Assembly (NCBI GenBank): GCA_964596425.1
Contig: CAZQTC010000023.1
Span: 648,190 to 712,189, forward strand
Source: an uncultured Spirochaetales bacterium
GTDB taxonomy: Bacteria; Spirochaetota; Spirochaetia; SZUA-6
Direction of reading: 5' to 3'
Length of the DNA stretch: 64,000 nt
Position numbers and translations under genes: made by a program. The stretch's first letter is position 1, and every line of letters begins with the position of its first letter. Of the stretch, positions 18,360 through 26,777 are shown in pieces. The notes below the pieces were generated by a model. That model was not told where the DNA came from. It did no database searches and worked only from the letters and a program-made list of their open reading frames with translations.

Positions 18360-19403
18360 ATGAACCCAGAATCAATTGAGTTTCTTAAACACCTCATAGA
18401 CAAAATTAGCCCATCAGGTTATGAGAAAGAAGCAACAGAGTACTGGAAGTCCAGGACCAAAGAATTTACCGATAAAATCTCATGCGATGTCCACGGAAAT
18501 TGTATAGGTGTATTAAACCCAGAGGGCAAACCCACTATAATGCTTGCAGGTCACATAGATGAAATAGGCTACATGGTTAAATATATAGACGAAGATGGAT
18601 TTATATACTTTGTAACCATAGGCGGAATAGACCTACACCTCGTTCCGGGGCAGAGAGTATGGATAAAAAACCGGGCAGGAAAGAGAATAACGGGGGTAAT
18701 AGGCAAAAAACCGGCCCATTTGCTTGAAGAAACAGAGAAAAAACAGATAGCAACGATTGATCAGCTTTGCATAGACATAGGAACAAACAGTGAAGAAGAA
18801 ACGAGAAAGCTTGTAGAAATCGGAGACGTGGCGGTTCCGGCTGTAGCCTTTGAAAGGTTAAACGACGACATAGCCATAGCAAGAGGATTTGATGATAGAG
18901 CAGGTGCATTTGTGGTAAGCGAGACTCTAAGGCGATTATCAGAAACCCGGACCAAAGCTTCTGTATACGGCGTTGCAACAGTGCAGGAAGAAATAGGTCT
19001 TCGCGGAGCAAAAACCAGCGCCTATGGAATTTCCCCTGATATAGGTATAGCGATAGACGTTACCTTTGCAACAGACTACCCTCAAATGGAAAAAAAGAAA
19101 GCGGGAGATATAAAGATCGGAGGCGGCCCTGTCATTGCCAGGGGTCCCAACATGACTCACGATATAACCGATCGTCTAATTGAGGTAGCAAAAGAAAACA
19201 ACATTCCATACCAGATAGAGGCCATTCCCCGCGGCACTGGTACCGATGCCAATGTAATTCAACTTACAAAGGCAGGAGTTGCAACAGGGTTAGTGAGTAT
19301 ACCGCTAAGATACATGCACACACCTGTGGAATTGCTCAGTCTTACAGACCTCGATAATGTTTCAAAACTACTGGCAGCTTTTATTTCAAGGGTTTCCTCT
19401 TAA
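18360..19403 (+). CDS. M42-family metallo-aminopeptidase (FrvX/CelM/glutamyl aminopeptidase-like)
   Basis: GHIDEIGYMV and GFDDRAG metal-ligand motifs; 347 aa. Confidence 0.8.
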   Translation: MNPESIEFLKHLIDKISPSGYEKEATEYWKSRTKEFTDKISCDVHGNCIGVLNPEGKPTIMLAGHIDEIGYMVKYIDEDGFIYFVTIGGIDLHLVPGQRVWIKNRAGKRITGVIGKKPAHLLEETEKKQIATIDQLCIDIGTNSEEETRKLVEIGDVAVPAVAFERLNDDIAIARGFDDRAGAFVVSETLRRLSETRTKASVYGVATVQEEIGLRGAKTSAYGISPDIGIAIDVTFATDYPQMEKKKAGDIKIGGGPVIARGPNMTHDITDRLIEVAKENNIPYQIEAIPRGTGTDANVIQLTKAGVATGLVSIPLRYMHTPVELLSLTDLDNVSKLLAAFISRVSS

Positions 19404-19432
19404 AAACTTCAACGCAGAGATTTCAGAGAGCC

Positions 19433-22400
19433 TTACTTATGGGCGCCCTGTGTCATAAATTCCTGATATCGCTCCATAAGATCCACCTTCTGCTCGGAGG
19501 TTAGTTTCTTAGATTCTTTGGAGCGTTCTATGACAGTTCGTCTTACAGAGGGATCCGGGTCTGTAACAAGCTCATACAATACCTCATAGGGCGTATTGGA
19601 GTGCCTTGCCACGCCAACCCTAATCTCTGTATGCACAGATTTAGCCAATTTTCGCAGGGTTTGTGGACGTGTCTTTTTATTTAATACCTTTTCAAGCGCA
19701 TCCATATACGAGCGGGAATGACTCTCAAGCTCGTTATAATCAGACCAGCGTTCCGTTCCATCGTGATTCACTATCATACAGGTAGCCTTGTCCCCCTGAG
19801 AGTAAAAATACTCCGTGGTCTCAAATGTCTCTTTGGGGGGCGAAATCGTACCCGTTGTCCCGTTAACAGTAACTATAACACCATCCTCTATCATCTCATG
19901 GACAGTTTTATCATAGTTAACATCAAAACCCGTAACAATAGGGATAGTAAGGTACTCCTTTGCCATCTCAATTACACGAGAGAGAGTCCCCCCCCTTTCG
20001 GAAACAATCCCCTTTAAATGGGGATCGGAAAAGTAACGTCCAATATTTTTACTAAGATTGTTGGTTAAAAGAATATAATCCTCATCCGATTGATTTGGGT
20101 CCAAACGCTCTATGTAGCGAATCTTACCGGTTATCTCTCCAGGCAAAGCACCCATACCTTTGATTTTTTTACCTGTATATACCCTATCCGTTTTTTGTAT
20201 TAACTTAATCAACCCGTACTCCGGATCAATCTGAACCTCCTCGCCCTGATAGGGGGCCAGTAACTTCACCGCATCCTTGTTGAGAAGCAATGTAATACCC
20301 TTACCCTTAGTAACTATCGCAGAGTGACTCCCAGGCCCCCCGGCCTCCACAACAAGGGCATTTATCTTGTTAAGATCAACCTCTACACCAGGCTTTAGCT
20401 CGTGCACAACAACTATATCATTCTCTCTAACCACGGAGAGATCACTGTCATCCTCAATCACGTGAATCCACCCCGTCGTTAACGGTCCTCGGGTTACCAC
20501 AGTACCCTTAAATATCTCTTTTCCCACGTAATAGGCTCCCTTTCTCTGTTTGAGCAACTTACTCACCTCAATAAAGAAACGCGTTTTTAACCCGTAAATC
20601 GTTCTTGTACCATAAAATATATTTCGCTTCTCTACTTTAAATGCAAGCTGTACCTTCATCCCTTCAGCCATCCTTGCAAGCTCTTCAGTGGCCTTACTAA
20701 TATGAATCAATTTATCCAAAAGTCCATCAGCAGTAAGGAAAAAATTCTCTGTGATCTCTGCATCCCGACAGCGTCTAAAGTTGAGATAGTACCCCCCCTT
20801 AGTTGGAACTCCCCAAAAGACATCACCAGAAAAAAATTCCGGGAGGGAATTCAGCATTTTCCCCCGGGGTTCTATCCCTCTTCTTCCGTACAAGCCAAAG
20901 GAAACTCTCTTAAAATCCGGAAGTGCAATAACAAAACCATCCTTTGAAATAAAATACTTGACCCTACGTTTCCGCTTCTGGAAAAATAATAGGAGGGTAT
21001 TTCCTAATTTCTTATCGCGTATCGGAAGTACACTTTTATCCGGTTTGGGACTTCTAAGAAAAGGAAAAGTTTTTCTTATATAGTTAATGAAAAATTTCTC
21101 CTCTGAAAATTTTTTCTTAACAAAGGGCAGCAACAGATAACGTCTCTCTTGGGGACTAAGCTTATCGTAGTCTTCGTCTGTTTTTACCGGATGGTCCTTA
21201 AAGAAATCCGGAAGTTTGGAAATCCATCCCCTGGGAGACTCCAAAATGCTCTGTTTCACATAGTAAGCCGTTCTTAAAACAATACTAAAGAGATTTTCAT
21301 AATCAAGAATAAAGGCGAGAATATCAGCCTCTCTTCGAGGCAGAGTTCTTATATTCCTCAATATTTTTTTGTATGGATTATACTCGAAAATCGTCAATCG
21401 CGAACCAAGGTACCTATCTTTACTATCATAAATATCATGAACCTTAATTCCAACTCCAACAGGTTTAATCCAATACCCATTAATCTGCACGATATCTTCA
21501 TCATCAATCTTATAGGGAAGCCATATATTAATATTAATTCCATAACCTGTGGTAATAATATACCTCTCCCCCCATTGTTGCCTTACCGCATCCCGTTCTA
21601 TTAGAATCCCACGTTTATTCCTATGAAGAGCGGGTTTCTCCGGATAGGGACCCTTATGCTCTTCCTTCTGGCCAAGTTTATGAAAAGTATCCGCAAGTCC
21701 AGAGTTGTGGATCTCCATAATAGGGGAAAACTCACTATCATCGCATAGATACGAGAGATCACCCTCCTCCCAACCATCAAAAACAATATTTCCCCCTAGA
21801 AGTTCGGGTACCCCGGATACAGGGGGGTAAAGCTCCAACTCCCGCATCATGTGGCTTGCTATGGCTCTATCCTCACCTACAATTATGTTAAAAGCCCCGG
21901 ACTCACAGTAATTACACATAGAATCCTGACCGAATGATAGACTTTTATTTTTGATAAAATCTTCCAAGTTATGGAGGGGAACAAATAAATTACCTGATTC
22001 CAGGGTTTTCCTAATCTCAACCACATCCATGGAAACAATTTTTCTAAAATCCTTTATCGCCTGGACAGGATTCTCGTTAAAAATCCGTTCGAAATCCTCC
22101 TGTAAATATTTGAGCCGTCCGGAGACAAGGTACTTCCATTTGCTCAATTTTTCTTCATTAATCTCCAACACAAATGCTAATGTCCAGTGAAAATCCTTCA
22201 GCAAACCATTCTGCAGATCCTCCCTCTTTAAAAGGGTGGATTTTGACTCTATAAGATCCAAGGCGACAACAAGATCCTCCCGGTTAATAGCCGATAATGT
22301 CTTTAAAAGATCGATCGCGGGTTTTGTGGAAAAAGAGTTTCTAAAACCATCTAAAATTATACGGGTAGTACCAACCCTTATCTTTTTATACACCTCGTAG

Positions 22401-23482
22401 ACCCGATCGATTAATGAGTTGGTAAGATTGCTAAAAACAAAAACCAGATCCGAAAGCCGATGCCCAACATTGCCACCTGCCTTCTCCACAATCTGATCCA
22501 GAAAATACAAACCCAAAACAGTAAGTATCTTTTTGGTACTCTCAGAGCCAAGTTCATCAAAGAGATCCAAAAGTCTGTTTATCTCACGAAAGTTAAAAAT
22601 AATAGCATTTTCTGTCTCTTCGTTATGAATCAAACTCTTAAGAATATCCCATGCCTCGGCTCGTACATAGCTATACGTCTCTAATGTATGTGCAATAATA
22701 CTCGCAGGATCCCTGTGAGTCTTTTTCATAACCGCCTGAAACATTGTTTCTATAACAATCTCGTAAAGCGGAACCTCGCGTTTTTGATGAAGTGCCGAGA
22801 GAATATAAAAAACCGCTCTTATCGTTTCTTTACCCGGCGGTTCCTTTAAAAATACCAGATTATTCTCCACTTTTATTGCAAAGCTATTATCAGGATCATT
22901 TATCAAAGATATAAAGGAATGTTCCAATCCTTTAGAACCGGCCTCGGGATTCAAAGCCTGATTTACCGCATCAATATACGCATTAATAGCCGCCCCCATT
23001 ATATCGTAATCCACAAAAGAACCTATGAAGGTCTTCCCTGTCTTTGTATCATCGACTTGAATCGTAACCTCAACCAACCCCTCAATTCTGTGTGCTACCA
23101 TCCTGATCTCAATAGGATGATTCGCATTTAACCTAAACCTTTCCTCCCCACTTGCATTCTGAGCTGCCTTTACCGCAGTATTAACCACACCCTCTACCTC
23201 AGTAGCAATACCCCTAATTTTCTTGCCATCTATATCCAGAAGAACCTCAGCATTGTAGAATCCTCGTCTTTTAGATGATTGCATTGAATATGAAACGAGA
23301 GAAACATTGGGAGCTTTCTGGCTTACAGAGATAGCGGCTAACAGCTGTTCGGTATCTATTCCCTCGGAGAAAATATGTTCAATCTCCTGGAGTTTTTCGG
23401 TGAGTCTTATCTCATCTTCACTTATCTTTTTTAAAAAAATATTTTTCTCACTCTTTAAATCACTCTTTGTTAAACGTTCCAC
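19433..23482 (-). CDS. Large multidomain protein with tandem PEP-utilizing-enzyme mobile (swivel) domains
   Basis: A 1349-aa protein. Two PEP-utilizers-like segments sit near the C-terminus. The first (VVEAGGPGSHSAIVTKGKGITLLL) keeps a His. The second (SERGGTLSRVIEMAKEYLTIPIVTGFDV...VNGTTGTI) has Arg in place of the His. The N-terminal roughly 190 aa resembles the LeuA C-terminal regulatory domain (..IMGAAINAYIDAVNQAL). The C-terminal tail has a HEAT-like repeat (ELVTDPDPSVRRTV). The track start is a GTG. Confidence 0.6.
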   Translation of the reverse strand: MERLTKSDLKSEKNIFLKKISEDEIRLTEKLQEIEHIFSEGIDTEQLLAAISVSQKAPNVSLVSYSMQSSKRRGFYNAEVLLDIDGKKIRGIATEVEGVVNTAVKAAQNASGEERFRLNANHPIEIRMVAHRIEGLVEVTIQVDDTKTGKTFIGSFVDYDIMGAAINAYIDAVNQALNPEAGSKGLEHSFISLINDPDNSFAIKVENNLVFLKEPPGKETIRAVFYILSALHQKREVPLYEIVIETMFQAVMKKTHRDPASIIAHTLETYSYVRAEAWDILKSLIHNEETENAIIFNFREINRLLDLFDELGSESTKKILTVLGLYFLDQIVEKAGGNVGHRLSDLVFVFSNLTNSLIDRVYEVYKKIRVGTTRIILDGFRNSFSTKPAIDLLKTLSAINREDLVVALDLIESKSTLLKREDLQNGLLKDFHWTLAFVLEINEEKLSKWKYLVSGRLKYLQEDFERIFNENPVQAIKDFRKIVSMDVVEIRKTLESGNLFVPLHNLEDFIKNKSLSFGQDSMCNYCESGAFNIIVGEDRAIASHMMRELELYPPVSGVPELLGGNIVFDGWEEGDLSYLCDDSEFSPIMEIHNSGLADTFHKLGQKEEHKGPYPEKPALHRNKRGILIERDAVRQQWGERYIITTGYGININIWLPYKIDDEDIVQINGYWIKPVGVGIKVHDIYDSKDRYLGSRLTIFEYNPYKKILRNIRTLPRREADILAFILDYENLFSIVLRTAYYVKQSILESPRGWISKLPDFFKDHPVKTDEDYDKLSPQERRYLLLPFVKKKFSEEKFFINYIRKTFPFLRSPKPDKSVLPIRDKKLGNTLLLFFQKRKRRVKYFISKDGFVIALPDFKRVSFGLYGRRGIEPRGKMLNSLPEFFSGDVFWGVPTKGGYYLNFRRCRDAEITENFFLTADGLLDKLIHISKATEELARMAEGMKVQLAFKVEKRNIFYGTRTIYGLKTRFFIEVSKLLKQRKGAYYVGKEIFKGTVVTRGPLTTGWIHVIEDDSDLSVVRENDIVVVHELKPGVEVDLNKINALVVEAGGPGSHSAIVTKGKGITLLLNKDAVKLLAPYQGEEVQIDPEYGLIKLIQKTDRVYTGKKIKGMGALPGEITGKIRYIERLDPNQSDEDYILLTNNLSKNIGRYFSDPHLKGIVSERGGTLSRVIEMAKEYLTIPIVTGFDVNYDKTVHEMIEDGVIVTVNGTTGTISPPKETFETTEYFYSQGDKATCMIVNHDGTERWSDYNELESHSRSYMDALEKVLNKKTRPQTLRKLAKSVHTEIRVGVARHSNTPYEVLYELVTDPDPSVRRTVIERSKESKKLTSEQKVDLMERYQEFMTQGAHK

Positions 23483-23559
23483 AGATTTAGAATATTGGAA
23501 ATCTTATTCCTTAGTCAATTTTGTTTTACTTTATTTAATAAAGAATTTAATAAAGAAAT

Positions 23560-23970
23560 TCATCTCAAAAAAAACCGACCTCGCATTATAAATTGTAATG
23601 GAGACCTAGCACCCCTTACATCAAAAGAAACAAACTCCACCCCACCCCCTGGAATCTTTTTAACTCGATATATATACACAATCGGTGGATCAAAATACCT
23701 ATCAACAGCATTGACAGGCTTAAAATGCCTTATAGCAAACTCCCATCTGGTTCCGTTCTTTTTGAAATTTCCTTCAAATATAGCCTTCCCTCTAGCACTC
23801 TGCTTCACAAAGATGAACTTATCATCCTTAATGGAGAGAGTTTCCTTTATCTTAAGAGTAGCCTCGGTTCCCTTAAAAATCAAAGTACGCTGATATACCG
23901 TAGTAGCACAAGAAACAAGAAAAAGAAATAGAACAGAAAACATTAAAAGATAAGAGATTTTTCTTCCCAT
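23560..23970 (-). CDS. Hypothetical lipoprotein
   Basis: Lipoprotein signal peptide MGRKISYLLMFSVLFLFLVSC with an LVSC lipobox. Confidence 0.5.
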   Translation of the reverse strand: MGRKISYLLMFSVLFLFLVSCATTVYQRTLIFKGTEATLKIKETLSIKDDKFIFVKQSARGKAIFEGNFKKNGTRWEFAIRHFKPVNAVDRYFDPPIVYIYRVKKIPGGGVEFVSFDVRGARSPLQFIMRGRFFLR

Positions 23971-24009
23971 CGGCTTCCTCCTGTTTCTAATTATAACACA
24001 GGAGTCGAG

Positions 24010-24354
24010 TTAATCTCCAGAACTCGAACTTAAATTTTCCGAGTAATCAGGGGAAGAAGAATCAGAAAGGGAATCAATAGAAAGCACCCGCTGAAGATGG
24101 CTAAATACAGGCAAACCCAACCTTATCTGGTACTGCATAAGATCTTTCTCATAGTTGTTTCTACCACAGAGATAATCCCTAAAGGTTAATTCAATTCCCT
24201 TTACACGCAATGCAATCATTTTTCGCAGCAAAGAGCGAAGAAGTTTAGCATTTTCGTCATTACCCGATATTTCATTAAGGCGCTTAAGGTCCTTACGGAG
24301 TAATTTTTCCATTTCAGCAAGACTCGCAATCCAACTCTTCATAAATCTCCCCAC
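24010..24354 (-). CDS. Hypothetical protein (114 aa) downstream of cheY, own GGGGAG RBS
   Basis: ORF with GGGGAG 5 nt upstream of the ATG. The N-terminal half is helical and charged and the tail is Ser-rich and acidic; no recognisable domain. Confidence 0.4.
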   Translation of the reverse strand: MGRFMKSWIASLAEMEKLLRKDLKRLNEISGNDENAKLLRSLLRKMIALRVKGIELTFRDYLCGRNNYEKDLMQYQIRLGLPVFSHLQRVLSIDSLSDSSSPDYSENLSSSSGD

Positions 24355-24495
24355 TTGTACGAGATGTGCACTTTTTAAATGGAGATAAAAAGACTAGCAC
24401 CTCTTTATTATCGGCTCGCTTTCAAAGAAATATTATACACCTTTTTCCATAAGTGGAAAAGACTTAAATTTACTAACAGCGGGAAATTTATATCA

Positions 24496-24933
24496 CTACT
24501 TCTTAAGAACCATTAAGACTCGCTCAAGAACCTTCTTTCTGTCAAGAGGCTTAACAATATAATTCTTAGCTCCAAGCAACAATGCTTTTTTTACAAGGTC
24601 TTGTTTTCCCAGAGCACTAATCATTATAACCTTTGCATTTTTATCAAACTCTAAAATCTTCTCCAATGCAGTAATGCCATCCATTTTAGGCATAGTAATA
24701 TCCATCGTTACAAGATCAATATTGGGGTACAATTCCTTATATTTTTCAACCCCCTCCTCACCGTCAGAGGCAGTGTCGGCTATCTCAAATCCTTCAGAGT
24801 TTAATATCTGGGTTATCTGTTTTTTCACAAACATTGAATCATCCACTATTAAAACACGATACGGGGTACCATCTTCCTTTATCCCATCAGGTTCTCTCTC
24901 ATTTATGCTCGGAAAATCCGTCTTTGTCTTCAT
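24496..24933 (-). CDS. cheY: Chemotaxis response regulator CheY
   Basis: Single REC domain: RVLIVDDS..., phosphoacceptor LVTMDITMP, SALG, KPL. Confidence 0.85.
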   Translation of the reverse strand: MKTKTDFPSINEREPDGIKEDGTPYRVLIVDDSMFVKKQITQILNSEGFEIADTASDGEEGVEKYKELYPNIDLVTMDITMPKMDGITALEKILEFDKNAKVIMISALGKQDLVKKALLLGAKNYIVKPLDRKKVLERVLMVLKK

Positions 24934-24945
24934 TTATTTTCCTCC

Positions 24946-25410
24946 CTAATTTTTTTCACGTACGGCAACGTTTATTTCAAGTTTTCCCAATGGCATCTCT
25001 ATAGGCACTATCAAAGCCTCAACAGAGACATCTGAGACCTCCATTTTTTTACCGGTAAATATAGCCGGTGGAGTAATATCAAACTTAAAACCAAGCTCCG
25101 ATAATTTAGTAACCGCCTGAGCTGTAATCATATTGGCAAGCTCGGTAATTGTTGCCTTTGTTAAATCATCCAATTTCGTCATCTGCTCACCATTCATTGC
25201 AGATGCTATTGCCAACGCTGTTTCTTCTGTCATATCAAATAACACCCTTCCCTCAACATCACCAGTCAACCCTATTATTGCAGTAACCCCTAAAACAGGC
25301 TGTGAGGATGATTTTAAATATAATTCTCCTCTTGTCAATTCCGTACCCAGAACTTCCTTAAGAATGTTAAATGCTGCTTCCACAAAAGGATTAATATACT
25401 CGACACGCAT
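24946..25410 (-). CDS. cheX: CheY-P phosphatase CheX (CheC/CheX family)
   Basis: A 154-aa protein beginning MRVEYINPFVEAAFNILKEVLG with a CheC-like fold pattern, in the canonical spirochete position between cheW and cheY. Confidence 0.75.
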   Translation of the reverse strand: MRVEYINPFVEAAFNILKEVLGTELTRGELYLKSSSQPVLGVTAIIGLTGDVEGRVLFDMTEETALAIASAMNGEQMTKLDDLTKATITELANMITAQAVTKLSELGFKFDITPPAIFTGKKMEVSDVSVEALIVPIEMPLGKLEINVAVREKN

Positions 25411-25443
25411 TGTCTCCCCCTTTTAAATCTTCTCAAAATTAAT

Positions 25444-26772
25444 TTAATACTTTTCCACTTTATAGGCTATCACATTTCCCTCCTGGAGCTTATACCACTC
25501 CTTCGCTGGCAATGTCTCATTTAATCCGAGAATCACAATTCCACCCTCATTCAACATCGTTTTAAACTGATCGATCAACCACTCCTGTTTATCTGGTTTC
25601 TGAAAAGAGAGAATATCCCTCGCAACTATTATGTCCTGTTTTGGGTAATCGTTTCTATTAAGGACATCATGATACTCAAAGGTTATTAAATCTTTTATCT
25701 CACGCTTAAATCTATACCTACCACTATCTACCTCTTCAACAAACCCGTTATCCAACATAAAACTTGGTATTTGATCTTTAGAAACTACCAGATTAGGGGC
25801 TGTGGATATATTGAGTAAATCTTTATCATTAGCCCACACCTTTATCATGTTGTTTTTATACCTATCCCGTAAAATCGCCGCTATTGAGTAAGACTCGTAA
25901 CCCTTCCCACACCCCAAATTCCACACATTTATTATTCCCTGATAGCGCTCAGGAAGAATCTTTTGAAGGTTTTCCTTGTAATCGTTTCCCCACAGCATCC
26001 CGGTATAGGGGGAGTAAAAGGGTCGCAAAAAATTCTCAGCATCCGAAGCATTTTCCAACTGAACCTTCTCTCCAGCAGAGGTACGAAGGTTTTTCCACTC
26101 CTCAAATCTTCTCTTTGTCCATTCATAATTTAAGTCAGTGACATAAAAAGACTTAAACGTGACAAGAGTTTCTGCCACAAACTTAAACTCAATATCTTCC
26201 TCATCCGTTTTTACCTTTATCTCTTTTTCCGGTGCTTTGTATTCTATTCTCTCCTCTCGGTCATACGTAGAGGCTAATACCTCCTCCTTACCAAAAATTC
26301 TATCCACATCAAGGATAATATAGAGTTTACTATCACTCTCAACTACCCCGCTTATATATTTAACATTAATATCACTAAAGAGCGGATGAGGAGGCTTTAT
26401 CTCTTCCTTCGCAATTCCAACAACCCTATCAATCTGATCCACTATAACACCAAGGGTAATATCCTCAAGCTTGAGTATAAGAACGTCTTCTTCCCTCTTA
26501 TTAGGATCCATAATAGGAACATGAAACATTTTCCTTAGATCAATTATAGGAATAATCTCACCCCGAAGATTATGCACCCCTCTTACAAATGGAGCAGTAT
26601 TGGGAACCATGGTAAACTTACTCTCTTTAAGAATCTCTTTTATTTTCATTATGTCTATAGCATACTCTTTTCCGCCGAGAGAAAAGGTAATAATCTTAAA
26701 ATCTATCTTTTTCTTTAATTTTTGTTCCTCTGTTAATTCCTGAATTGTATCACTCATATACTGCCCATCCAT
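25444..26772 (-). CDS. CheW-domain protein fused to C-terminal CheR-type SAM methyltransferase domain (CheW3-like)
   Basis: The N-terminal CheW domain reads FSLGGKEYAIDIMKIKEI...VRGVHNLRGEIIPIIDLR. The C-terminal half carries the CheR MTase motifs VWNLGCGKGYESYSIAAIL and DIIVARDILSFQ...EGGIVILGLNE. Confidence 0.75.
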   Translation of the reverse strand: MDGQYMSDTIQELTEEQKLKKKIDFKIITFSLGGKEYAIDIMKIKEILKESKFTMVPNTAPFVRGVHNLRGEIIPIIDLRKMFHVPIMDPNKREEDVLILKLEDITLGVIVDQIDRVVGIAKEEIKPPHPLFSDINVKYISGVVESDSKLYIILDVDRIFGKEEVLASTYDREERIEYKAPEKEIKVKTDEEDIEFKFVAETLVTFKSFYVTDLNYEWTKRRFEEWKNLRTSAGEKVQLENASDAENFLRPFYSPYTGMLWGNDYKENLQKILPERYQGIINVWNLGCGKGYESYSIAAILRDRYKNNMIKVWANDKDLLNISTAPNLVVSKDQIPSFMLDNGFVEEVDSGRYRFKREIKDLITFEYHDVLNRNDYPKQDIIVARDILSFQKPDKQEWLIDQFKTMLNEGGIVILGLNETLPAKEWYKLQEGNVIAYKVEKY

Positions 26773-26777
26773 ATAAT

